Positions 48,494-59,838 of a stretch of DNA of 64,000 nucleotides are shown piece after piece (positions within the stretch are counted from its first letter, which is position 1; every line of letters starts with the position of its first letter). Origin of the DNA: Mobula hypostoma. Lineage: Eukaryota. The DNA lies in the NCBI RefSeq assembly GCF_963921235.1, contig NC_086097.1:183894001-183958000 (forward strand), read 5' to 3'. A model generated the notes under the pieces. That model was given only the letters and a program-made list of their open reading frames with translations. It was not told the DNA's origin and ran no database searches. The translations under genes were made by a program, and so were the position numbers.

Positions 48494-50896
48494 AAATCTT
48501 GAAGAGTCTGGGTCGAGTGAATAGTGGGAGACTATCCCTGAAGTGGAGGGAAAGAGAATGAAGAGAAACATGGCTGAAGGCTTCTTCTACAGCACATGGT
48601 TAGAATCTGGAGCACACATCCCACAGATGTAAAATTCATAAAGCTATAGATACTTCAACCATCCCTGACCTCACCAATACTTCATGACACCAGATTATAT
48701 ACTATCTCCAGTAGACGTATACCTTTTCCCATTAAACATGCTGGAAAACGTTATCTAGGCTGGTAGAATGAGCTGATGCTTTGATGTGGTGCTGTGAAAT
48801 ATAAGGTGATACATTCTTATAAGAAAAAATGAGCAGAGGTAACATAGAATATTAAGATACTACTCTAAGTGTGGTGTGTGGGGTAAGGGACTTCGACCTT
48901 CAATGTTTCTCTTCCACAGGTGCTGCATGACGCAGTGGGCATTCCCATAACTTTCTGCCTTTATTCCATGGCTCTGTTATAGGCATGACAATAAAAATTT
49001 GAAAATAAATGCAGAAAGGCTTTAGCATTGTTCAAGCTTATTTAAGAAAATCATAGCAATTCACTCATTCAGTTTATTAGCTAAGTTACTATCTGCAATT
49101 CTTGACTAATTTATTTCCTATTCTCAAAATTCAACTTTAAAATACCCTTTCATCCAAATGCTCTATAGCAACTGCATCCCTTTTCAGAGATATCTGCTGT
49201 CTTTAGTATAGATGGGAATTATGAGTGGCACAGTGTGGTACTGATGTCAGCTCTTTGCTCCCTGCTAAGTACAGCCAGTCATGGAATACGTCACTAAATG
49301 TTTCTTTGAGTAAGTCGACAGAGAGGTTGGAATGAAACTTTCTTATTGTCACTTGATACTCTTTGTTCCTTTTCAGCTTGCAAATTAAAAGTGACAATAG
49401 AAAGAAATTCACTCTAATGGGAATTATTCTGAATAACAATTGTCATCAGTGAAGGCACGCAGTGCGCAAGGGTGCATTCTGAATGTCATATTCCAAATCA
49501 GATAACATGATAGCAGTAATGAATTTTTGTAAGGCAGGCTCTTTCTATTTGAACACTTACTACGGTATGCTCCCAGTTAAACATAATGATGCAATTGGTT
49601 GCTGATAATGACTTGATGTGCATGCTGAGAAGGGCAAGAGAGGCGGGGTGGGGGAGGAGGCATTAGATCAACAATAGACAATGAAATAGAAACACTCCCA
49701 CAAGCTCACACTTGCTTTATTGAAGGCATTTGGTTGGGCTGATTCTGCCGGTGACCAGCTGCCACCTTGCAATATGCTAACCCACTGGAAGAAGGATTGC
49801 ATGCTGTAACTTAGCACCTGTTCAGAGCGAAGCTCATGATTAGATCAAGGTCATTCATTTCAGTTAACCCTGTGAAGTATCCACAAAAGAACACTGAGAA
49901 GCCATATTGTATTGACAATGGAAATGATCTGAAGTACTCAGTCTGCAGTGGCAGCGAGACTCCTAGGCACTTTATAATTGGTTACAAGATCTGTAATGTG
50001 TACATTGATTTATTGATTGTGTGATTAAGTTCTCATACAACAGATGGGTATGTGGTCATCAAGAGTGCCTGGAAAGCAATAATATAGTCTGGATCCTTTT
50101 TAGATAAGATTGGGAAAATGATTTTATAAAAATCAAAAGGGCAAATATAATGCTGAAAGAATTTTCTAGGTTTCTTCAATTCTGGTGTTTGCTTACACTG
50201 CCTTAAGTAATCTATGTGAATTCTGAATATGTTTGGAACTGCTGAGTAATATTATATTAATCCTTCAAGAAAATAATAAGACTGGATTACAGATTTATTT
50301 GCTCATGGTGTTTTATCATTGTTCATGCAGGTACCAGAAATTTAATTTGCAAAATATACAAATTATTCCATGAGTTACAGGGAGCCAGATACAATTATGT
50401 CAGAGTAGTGTGAGAAACAAACTGCAGGGGAAGATCAGTGGTTGAGAGGCATCTGTGGGGAAAGAAAGGGACTTTCAACATTTTGATACGAGATTCTACA
50501 TGAGGATATTGGAGTGATGGATGGTTCAGGTCATTAAATCTCAGGAAAGTCAGACAAAGGCTTGGAGAGGCAAAGGATAATTTTTAGTAAAAGAGGACTA
50601 GGTCATGAGAAAAGACTGAAGAAAATTACATCGCTTCACTTGAAAGGAGATGGCTGAATAATTCTGATTAATTTAATTCCTGGATCCTTGAGTGTGATTT
50701 CTGGCTTTAGAGATTTGTTTAAATATAATTTTTCTTCATGTTTAGTCTTCTTCTCTAATATCACTTTCCCTTCCTTCTTTCCACCACAACACCCTAACTA
50801 TGGGTCATTCTGCTTATTACAACGATCCTCTCTATATACTCACCTCTGGGACATGTATGCATTTTTCCATTAATATCCATTGCTTTGCCTTACTGG

Positions 50897-51524
50897 TGTA
50901 ATGCCCTGGTTCACATCTGAAATGTTATGCTCTAGGTATTTCATTTAGTAGCTCTGTAAGAGCTGCTGTTCTGCTTTCAGCCTGTTTGGGTTATTATTGA
51001 AGATAAGGGATGATTTGGAATATGTGCCATCCAATTGATGGGAGGTTTTCTTGGTGAAGGGCAATAAGGTTGAGCTTGGGCTTTTGTTTGAGAGGAGATT
51101 AAGAGAGAAGATGCTGGGGAGAACTGGTTGTAGCATACGATCCAGTGGGAGACCCATTTGTTCAAGATGGATTGCGAGCGACGTCCAGAAGGTGGTGTGT
51201 GCTTTCATGTTGACCGAGGGCCTAGCACGAGATTGACTGAGAAGTTCAAGGTGAGCTCCAACTTCTGCACATTTGACCGTTTAATTAGAGTGGGCCCTTT
51301 CCTTTTGTTATTCTTTACTAACCCTTCAGTTAAGATTCATAAATATAATTCCTTTAACTGCATGCAGTGTACTGTCTGTTATTTCACGGCATTAATTTGT
51401 AACGGTGTAGCAAATGACACAGCATCCACACAAACCGAGGTCTGGGGTGGGATCTCACGAGTTCGGTGGGGCTGGAGGTTGTCTTCCCTAGACTCACGCA
51501 GCCAAAGAAACCAAGGTGGTTTCA
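50897..51524. mobile_element. Solo LTR, diverged relative of family A
   Basis: TGTAATG...TTTCA; perfect TSD CTGG (50893-50896/51525-51528); shares GAGCTCCAAC, CACAGCATCCACACAAAC and TTCCCTAGAC with 1136-1818. Confidence 0.88.
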
Positions 51525-54264
51525 CTGGTTTTGAGGAATGCTTTTGAGGAAGTGGTAAGACAGTAAGTCTGCAGAGCAGTTGAAAACAGTTCTTAATGCA
51601 TTGCAGTCCACAGGTTATTTGTAAACTTCTTAAGGATCTCTGTATTTGATGGATCTGGCTGTTCTTGATAGACTTCTTTATGAAGATCTCATTAAAATGA
51701 TAGACAGCTCCTTAAGACTACTTGAAACTGATTTCCTCCCTGAATTTTTTTAAAAACATCATTTCAAATTATCTCCTGCATGCAACATCTCTTGAATATT
51801 CATCACTATGGTCTCCCCCTCAACACAGGGGGCTTACAGATTGGGCTATCAAAAATTCTCTGCCTCAAGTCAAAATGCTTCAAGTATTGGGACTCCATGT
51901 GTAAGGCGGCTCCTGTTTCTGCTTGGTGGCACTTTGGATAAAATAGGGGATGCTGACTGGATAAGTTGCAGAGGGATCAAAGAAAGATTCTCTCAAGACT
52001 TTCCTTGCTATCCCCAAGTGCACTAATGAAGACTAAATATTTGCTGAGGCTGTGGCACTTCTGCAAGTTTCCTGCAGCATAAGCAAGTCTGTGCTTTTAG
52101 CATCCAATTACATCAGAATTCAAACTGCTACACATGCAACTTAGTTATCAAGCAACTGCCACTGTGGAGAATTGTGTAGCTTTCAATGCAATAACTGGTC
52201 ACAGTCAATCTGACATAAAGCTGCTTCACACAGTAAATGAGCAAAGATTCGTAAAATGACCTGCTTATCAGTTTCAATCCTTTCTCAATGTGTTCTCCTT
52301 CCCAGCACTGTCTTATTGCCCTTCCGAGCAATTGTATTCTATTTATATTAATTATGAGACAGAAATAGCTGGCATAGTTCATGAAAAAATGAAACTATGA
52401 AAGGCAGGATAGTTTTCCCTTAGTAGAGCACTGAAGTGTCAACTTTGATTATGTGTTTAAGTGCCTGGAATGAGGGTTGAACCCTTGGCTTGAAGAATCA
52501 AAGATGAAGGTATTAATACTGGGTCAATTTGAAGTCAGTTGAATGTTGAACCTCCAATGCAAGATTCAAATTCCACTAGTTTATTGAGCACTAGTTTTGA
52601 AAATGTAGAAAGACTCTATTCTTCTACAAAACAATTATTATCTTTGTACTCAATACCCTATACTCAAAAACAGAAGTACTGTTATAGAGGAGTGATAACA
52701 GGATTTGTCACCCTGACAACAATCCAATCTTGGAAAGTGTTACAAAAATGAAAGGAAAGTTTACTAATTGACAATGAGAATGGAATTCCACTGTTTTTTA
52801 ATCTCTCTGGATGAAAGCTCATTAATTTCCTCCGTCTAAGCTTCTTTTCAGCCCAGCTATAGTAATGTGTCAGTGATTACAATTGCACAGCCAGCCACCA
52901 TGTAGTACGTAAGCAGTAATGACTCTCTGCACAGTGTTATAAAAGAACAGCACTAAGCATTGTGAACTAATGTTCTGGGACCAGATTTTTTAAAATAATG
53001 AATTAATATTTAGAAAAGAAACAAATTATTTATTTAATTGAAAAGTATACCCTTATTAACAGATATAGCAGTGTTGCCAATTAAATTGCATCATAAATGA
53101 AATAGTCTTTCAAGACGAATGACATATTAGTCGTTTAGTCATCCAGTTGGTAATGTTGATGACCTGACAGAAGTTGTAGTACCAACATGAAGCTATTTAA
53201 TTTAGTCGAACAGCAGTTGAGGTGCTTTGTTTAGTATAAATTGGCAGTCACATTACTGTCTGCTTGTTAAGATGAGGGGGCAGTAGATGTCAGCACCAGG
53301 TGAGGATGGAAGTGAGGAATTGCTGCAGCAGAGGTTGAAGATCCATAGCCAAGGATTTTTGAAGAAACATTCAGGAAAAATTTCTCTTCCCAGAGATTCT
53401 TCCAATTTTACTAACTAGCCCTAGAAATACTCATCTAGTCAGACAGTGAATCGAAGTGGAAAGTATCAACGATTCTGGTCATCAGACAGCTGTAACGGCT
53501 TCTGAATGCTGCTTAAGTAACTGGACATTCCTTCAGATTTTTAGAACTGCAACAGCATATCAAAATCTGCCTCAAACCTCTACTCACTACTCACCCCTTT
53601 CCTCCACCAACACACATTGCTCTCTCTAATTCATTGCCAGCGGCTACAGTATGAGCTTGCCAACACTAGTTAGAGGGATTCTTTGAAGCTACACAACACA
53701 AAGGCTAGTGCCTATTTCAAATCAGCTGCCATAAATAGTGGTTGAGGTGGGCACATCTGCAAAATTTAAAACCATCTAAAGAAGTACATGGATAGGAGAC
53801 GCTTAAAGGACAATGGGCAGATGGGACTAGCCTGCTGGCCAACACATGGATGATAAGGGCTAAAGGCTGTTTCCAAGTTTCAAGACTCTATGACACCCAA
53901 TCACATGCATTTTGATATTTGATCCATTCAAGCCCTTTTTTTGAAAGACTGTAAAAGAAAAAGAAATGAAGCAAGTACTAGTCATTTGCCTCCACTCCGT
54001 CATTTGCTAAGATTATGACTGATTCGTTCTACACTACCCTGTCATCAATTAGTTCTCTTAATAGAATAGCCAATATCTTTCAAAATTGATCCTGGATTTA
54101 CTCAGTGACTGAGCTCCATAGCCCCCGGCGAGAGAATTCTAAAGCACCTTTACCCTCAGAGTGAAGAAATTGATCTCCATCTTTGTACTGAAGGAACAAC
54201 CCCTTACCTTGAGACTTAGTGCAACTGTGTTTTTCTTATGACCGCAAATATCCTGTTGGACCTT

Positions 54265-54822
54265 CTGTCTGTCTGTCTAGGTACCATATCTGATGCGGTG
54301 ACCATGGTTTTCCATATTATTCTATCCCTCGTTCTTTGGATGACTTCCATTTCCTCGATGTGTAGCCACCTGACTAGGCTTTTGATGTACATAAGCCGAG
54401 GTCTTCCTCTAGGTTTGCTCCCCTCAATCTTTCCAGAGAGTATGAGTTTTTCTCGTTCATCTTTCTGCATGATGTGTCCTAGGAATCTGAGTTGTCTTTC
54501 TCTTATTGTTGGTATGAGTGATCTAACTGCTTGGGCTCTTCTGAGAACTTCTTCATTTGTTGTGTGTGTGGTCCATGATATTTTTAACATTCTCCTGTAG
54601 AACCATAATTCAGCTGCTTCTAGTCTCTTTTCCATTGCTGGGGAAATGGTCCAGCATTCACTTCCATAAGTCAGGATAGAATAAATGTAGCACTGCAGTA
54701 TTCTGTTTTTAGTGTGCGTGCTCATCTTTCTGTCTGTTAATATAGTCTTCATTTTTTGGGAAGCTTCTTTCGCCATTGCTATTCTGTATTTGATATCTGT
54801 GTCACACCTGGCATCACTTGTT
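54265..54822 (-). mobile_element. RTE-clade LINE 3' end
   Basis: ORF 54216-54776: SILTYGSECWT...KRLEAAELWFYRRMLKISWT...LRFLGHIM...GKIEGSKPRGRPR; (GACA)n tail at 54265-54278. Confidence 0.9.
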
Positions 54823-55290
54823 GGACGTTAGTAATATAAAATACTGCAAGTCCAGTTCTTTGGCTGATTGGCCAGACCGATGGCAGGGGAGCTGGGTGGC
54901 TTTGGTTGTTGCACATGCTGCAGCCACCTGTGGAGGAAGTGCCGGAGGCGGCTTGGGGGGCAACAGAGGCATGGCGGGCTCTCCTGTGTTCGCTCTGTGG
55001 AAGACAACTGAATGGCGTTTGTCTGTGGCCAACCCAGCCAGCGTAAGACGAGGAATAGCTTCGTACTTGTTCTTGCAGAAACGTGGCTCCAGAACAACAT
55101 CCCATGCATCACCAATTTTCAGGCAGTGTCACTCAGGGACCTCTGCTAATATTATTAACTTGTGTCTGTATGAGCTATTATAACTGTGTGTGCTGTGTGT
55201 GACTGTATGTGCCGTGTTGGCCTTGGAGACCCTGTTTTGTTTAGCTGTATACATGGGTACGGTTAAACTTAAACTTGAACTTGGACTGAG
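54823..55290 (+). mobile_element. Probable internally deleted Rex1/Babar-like element (5' basic region, APE start, tail)
   Basis: RKCRRRLGG basic tract, RNSFVLVLAETWLQNNIP (APE motif as at 1100-1830), AAACTTGAACTTG tail. Confidence 0.55.
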
Positions 55291-55933
55291 CTCAAGAGCC
55301 ACAAGGTAACAGTGCAGCTCTGTTAAACTCGAGTTAGCCCCCACTCAGAGTATTGTGTTCAGTTCTGATGGCCTCACTATAGGAAGGAGGTGGAAGTTTT
55401 AGAGAGGCTACAGAGGAGTTTTAACAGGATGTTGCCTAAATTAGAGTTCATGTCTTGTGAGGAAATGTTGAGTGAACTAGGGCTTTTCTGTTTGGAGAAA
55501 AGGAGGATGAGAGATGACTTGACAGAAGTGTATAAGAGAGGCATAGAGAAGACAACACAAGGCTAGTACAAGACAGCATAATTTTAAGGTGAGGGGGGTG
55601 ATGTCAGGCATGTTTTTTTTTATAAATACAGAGTGTGTGGAATGTACAGCCAGGCGTTGTTGTCTAGGCAGGTACATTTGCAACATTTAAGAGACCCTTC
55701 GACAGTCATATACAAAAATTCAGAATCAGAATATCACTGGCATATGTCATGAAATTTGTTAACTTCCTACCAGCAATACAATGAAATACATGATAAATAA
55801 ATAATATAGAGAAAAAGCTGAGTTACATTAATTATATTGTAGCGATGTGCTACACACAGCGCCAGAATAACCACACGGAGTCGGTGAGTTGGAGTTGCGA
55901 TGAAAGAGGTTTATTCAAACTTCGCGGCCCGCT

Positions 55934-58900
55934 TTAAAGCCTTCCCGTTCCCGCCCTTTTTGCTGCCCGCCCTCTGCCTGCGCGCGCTGTTTCGTGAGCC
56001 GGTTCGTGGGTGTCAGAAAGTGGGTCGCCACATAACCCCCCCCCCCCAGAACCGGCGATACCTCCCCCAATGTCCACAGTCTGGATCGGCCTCTGTTTGG
56101 GAGGTCTGCCCCTGCGCCGCGGTGCCTGAGCCTGGACCGGTTGCGCCAAGTCCACATGGGCCGGTTTGAGTCGGTCCACCGTGAAAACTTCCTCTCTCCC
56201 CCCAATGTCCAGCATGAACGTGGACCCGTTGTTGCTGATCACCTTAAACGGCCCCTCGTAGGGCCGCTGTAGCGGTGCCCGGTGTCCGCCCCGTCGTACA
56301 AAAAGAAACTTACAGTTCTGCAGGTCTTTGGGTACGCAGGTCGGGCTCTGTCCGTGCTGTGAAGTGGGTATGGGGGCCAGGTTACCGAGCCTCTCCCGTA
56401 GTCTGTCCAGGACTGCTGTGGGTTCTTCCTCTTGCCCCCTTGGGGCTGGTATGAACTCTCCTGGGACAACCAGGGGCGCGCCGTACACCAACTCGGCCGA
56501 CGAGGTGTGTAGATCCTCTTTGGGCGCCGTGCGGATTCCGAGCAGGACCCAGGGAAGTTCATCCACCCAGTTAGGCCCCTCCAGGCGGGCCATGAGAGCC
56601 GATTTCAGGTGACGGTGAAAGCGCTCCACTAGTCCGTTCGACTGTGGGTGGTAGGCAGTTGTGTGGTGTAGCTGCGATCCTGAAAGGCTGGCCATAGCCG
56701 ACCACAGGCTGGAGGTGAACTGGGCGCCCCTGTCGGAGGTAATGTGGGCTAGTACCCTGAAGCGTGCTACCCAGGTTGCAATCAGCGCTCAGGCACAGGA
56801 TTCGGAGGTGGTGTCGGTGAGCGGGACTGCCTCTGGCCATCTGGTGAACCGGTCTATCATAGTTAGGAGGTACCGCGCTCCTCGTGACACTGGCAGGGGC
56901 CCCACGATATCCACATGAATGTGGTCGAACCTCCGGCGGGTGGGTTCGAACCGCTGCGGCGGAGCCTTGGTATACCGCTGCACCTTGGCCGTTTCGCACT
57001 GCATGCACGTTTTGGCCCATTCACTGACCTGTTTACGAAGTCCATGCCACACGAACCTATTGGAGACCAGCCAGACAGTTGTCCTGATGGAGGGGTGCGC
57101 TAAGTTGTGAATGGATTCGAACACCCGCCGGCGCCAGGCTGCTGGGACGACGGGGCGGGGTTGGCCAGTAGCTACGTCACATAGTAGGGTCCTCTCACCT
57201 GGGCCTACGGGGAGGTCTTGGAGCTGCAAACCGGAGACTGCAGTCCTGTAATTGGGGATCTCAGCGTCTGCCTGCTGTGCCTCTGCCAGCGCTGCATAGT
57301 CCACCCCCTGGGACAGGGCCTGTATGGTAGGTCTGGAAAGTGCGTCTGCCATGACATTGTTCTTTCCAGAGACATGCCGGATGTCCGTCGTGTACTCAGA
57401 GATGTAGGACAGATGTCGCTGCTGGCGGGACGACCAGGGGTCGGACACCTTAGTGAACACAAAGGTAAGCGGTTTGTGGTCTGTGAACGCGGTGAAGGGC
57501 CTACCTTCTAAGAAGTAACTGAAATGCCGGATTGCCAGGTATAGTGCCAATAGCTCCCGGTCGAAAGCACTGTATTTGAGTTCGGGTGGTCGTAGGTGTT
57601 TGCTGAAGAACGCCAGGGGTTGCCAGCGACCCTCGATGAGTTGTTCCAGCACTCCACCGACTGCTGTGTTGGATGCGTCCACCGTGAGGGCAGTAGGCAC
57701 GTCCGTTCTGGGGTGCACTAGCATCGCGGCGTTTGCCAAGGCTTCTTTGGTTTCAACGAAAGTGGTTGCGGCCTCTTCGTTCCAGGTAATGTCCTTGCCC
57801 TTACCCGACATTAGAGTGAACAAGGGGCGCATGGTTCGGGCTGCTGAGGGGAGGAAATGGTGGTAGAAATTCACCATACCCACGAATTCCTGCAAGCCTT
57901 TGATTGTGTTGGGTCGGGGGAAGTGGCGGACTGCGTCTACCTTGGCAGGCAGCGGGGTTGCCCCGTCTTTAGTAATCCTGTGGCCCAGGAATTCGATGGT
58001 GTCGAGTCCGAACTGGCATTTGGCTGGATTGATTGTAAGGCCGAATTCACTCAGGCGGGAGTAGAGCTGGCGGAGGTGGGACAGATGCTCCTGCCGACTA
58101 CTGCTGGCTATGAGGATGTCATCCAAATAGATGAATACAAAGTCCAGGTCGCGTCCCACTGCGTCCATTAGCCGCTGGAAAGTCTGTGCGGCGTTCTTTA
58201 GACCAAACGGCATTCGGAGGAATTCGAGAAGTCCGAACGGGATGATAAGTGCTGTTTTGGGGATGTCGTCTGGATGTACAGAGATTTGATGGTATCCCCG
58301 GACGAGGTCTACCTTGGAAAAGATCCTTGCGCCGTGTAGGTTTGCTGCGAAGTCTTGAATGTGCGGCACAGGGTAGCGGTCTGGTGTTGTAGCCTCGTTC
58401 AGTCTGCGGTAGTCACCGCATGGTCTCCAGCCCCCCGTTGCCTTGGGCACCATGTGAAGGGGGGAGGCCCATGGGCTGTCGGACCGTCGTATGATCCCTA
58501 ATTCCTCCATCTTCTTGAACTCCTTCTTCGCCAGTCGGTGCTTGTCCGGGGGAAGCCTTCGAGCACGGGCGTGGAGGGGTGGTCCCTGGGTCGGGATGTG
58601 GTGCTGTACTCCGTGTCTGGGCATGGCTGCCGTGAAATGCGGTGTCAGTACTGACGGGAAATCCGCCAGGACCCTGGTGAATTCATCGTCGGACAGCGTG
58701 ATGGAGTCCAGGTGTGGGGCTGGCAACTGTGCTTCACCCAGGGAGAACGTTTGAAAAGTCTTGGCGTGGACTAATCGCTTCCCTTGCAAGTCGACCAGCA
58801 GGCTGTGGGCTCGTAGAAAATCTGCCCCCAGCAGTGGTTGGGCCACGGCGGCCAGTGTGAAGTCCCACGTGAACCGGCTGGAGCTGAACTGTAGCCGCAC

Positions 58901-59800
58901 CGTGCGGGTACCGTAGGTTCGTATTGTGCTGCCATTAGCGGCCCTCAGGGTGGGTCCCGGTTCTCTGTTGCGGGTGTCGTAACTCGTTGGAGGTAAGACG
59001 CTGATCTCCGCTCCGGTGTCGACCAAAAAGCGGCGTCTCGACTGCTTGTCCCAGACGTACAGGAGGCTGTCCTGATGGCCAGCCGCCGTAGCGATCGGCA
59101 GCGGCTGGGCCTTGGCGTTTCCCGGGAATTTGCAGGGCGGTCTGCAGCGGCGGGCCTCCGTGCCCCACCGCTGGTGGTAGAAACACCATTGTTCGTTGGG
59201 CTCCTCACTCCCGTCGCCGGGTTTTGTAGGCTCTGCTGCCGGGCCCGGTCTGGTCTGTCGTTGGGCACGTGGCTTGGTGATCTGTGCGACGGATGCCCCT
59301 CTCTCTTTCCTGGCATTCCACAGCACATCTGCTCGGGCCGCCACCTCCCGGGGTTTGCTGAAATCTGCGTCGGACAGCAGCAGGCATATGTCCTCTGGCA
59401 GTTGCTCTAGGAACGCCTGCTCAAACATGAGGCAGGGTTTGTGTCCTTCAGCCAGGGCCAGCATCTCGTTCATTAATGCTGACGGCGGCCTGTTTCCCAA
59501 ACCATCCAGGTGCATTAAGCGGTGTGCTCGTTCGCGCCGTGAGAGTCCGAAAGTCCTTATGAGCAGGGCTTTGAATGCTGTGTATTTGCTGTCCTCCGGG
59601 GGCGACTGTATAAACTCCTCAACTTGTGCAGCAGTCTCCTGGTCGAGGGAGCTCAGCACGTAGTAGTAGCGAGTGGACTCCGAGGTTATCTGCCGAATGT
59701 GGAATTGTGCTTCTGCTTGTTCGAACCATAAATGGGGTCGCAGCGTCCAGAAGCCCGGCAGTTCTAACGAAACTGCGTGAACAGATGCGGCGTCGGTCAT
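55934..59800 (-). pseudogene. Gag-Pol polyprotein (gag, protease, RT, RNase H, integrase) with a single premature stop at 56789-56791
   Basis: ORFs 56789-59860 and 55934-56695 share a frame and the gap is open. Motifs [30 protein letters not shown]...[45 protein letters not shown]. Confidence 0.95.
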
Positions 59801-59824
59801 CTCTGACCCAAATATCGTTTGGGC

Positions 59825-59838
59825 CGTCGGGGTCACCA
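59825..59838 (-). promoter_or_regulatory. Primer-binding site, tRNA-Trp
   Basis: TGGTGACCCCGACG is a 14-nt match to the tRNA-Trp PBS (TGGTGACCCCGACGTGAT), 2 nt from the 5' LTR. Confidence 0.88.

Noticed and set aside
52841..52913. Acceptor, GCCACCATG and GTAAG donor
   Set aside because: The ATG is followed immediately by TAG and all three frames contain stops.
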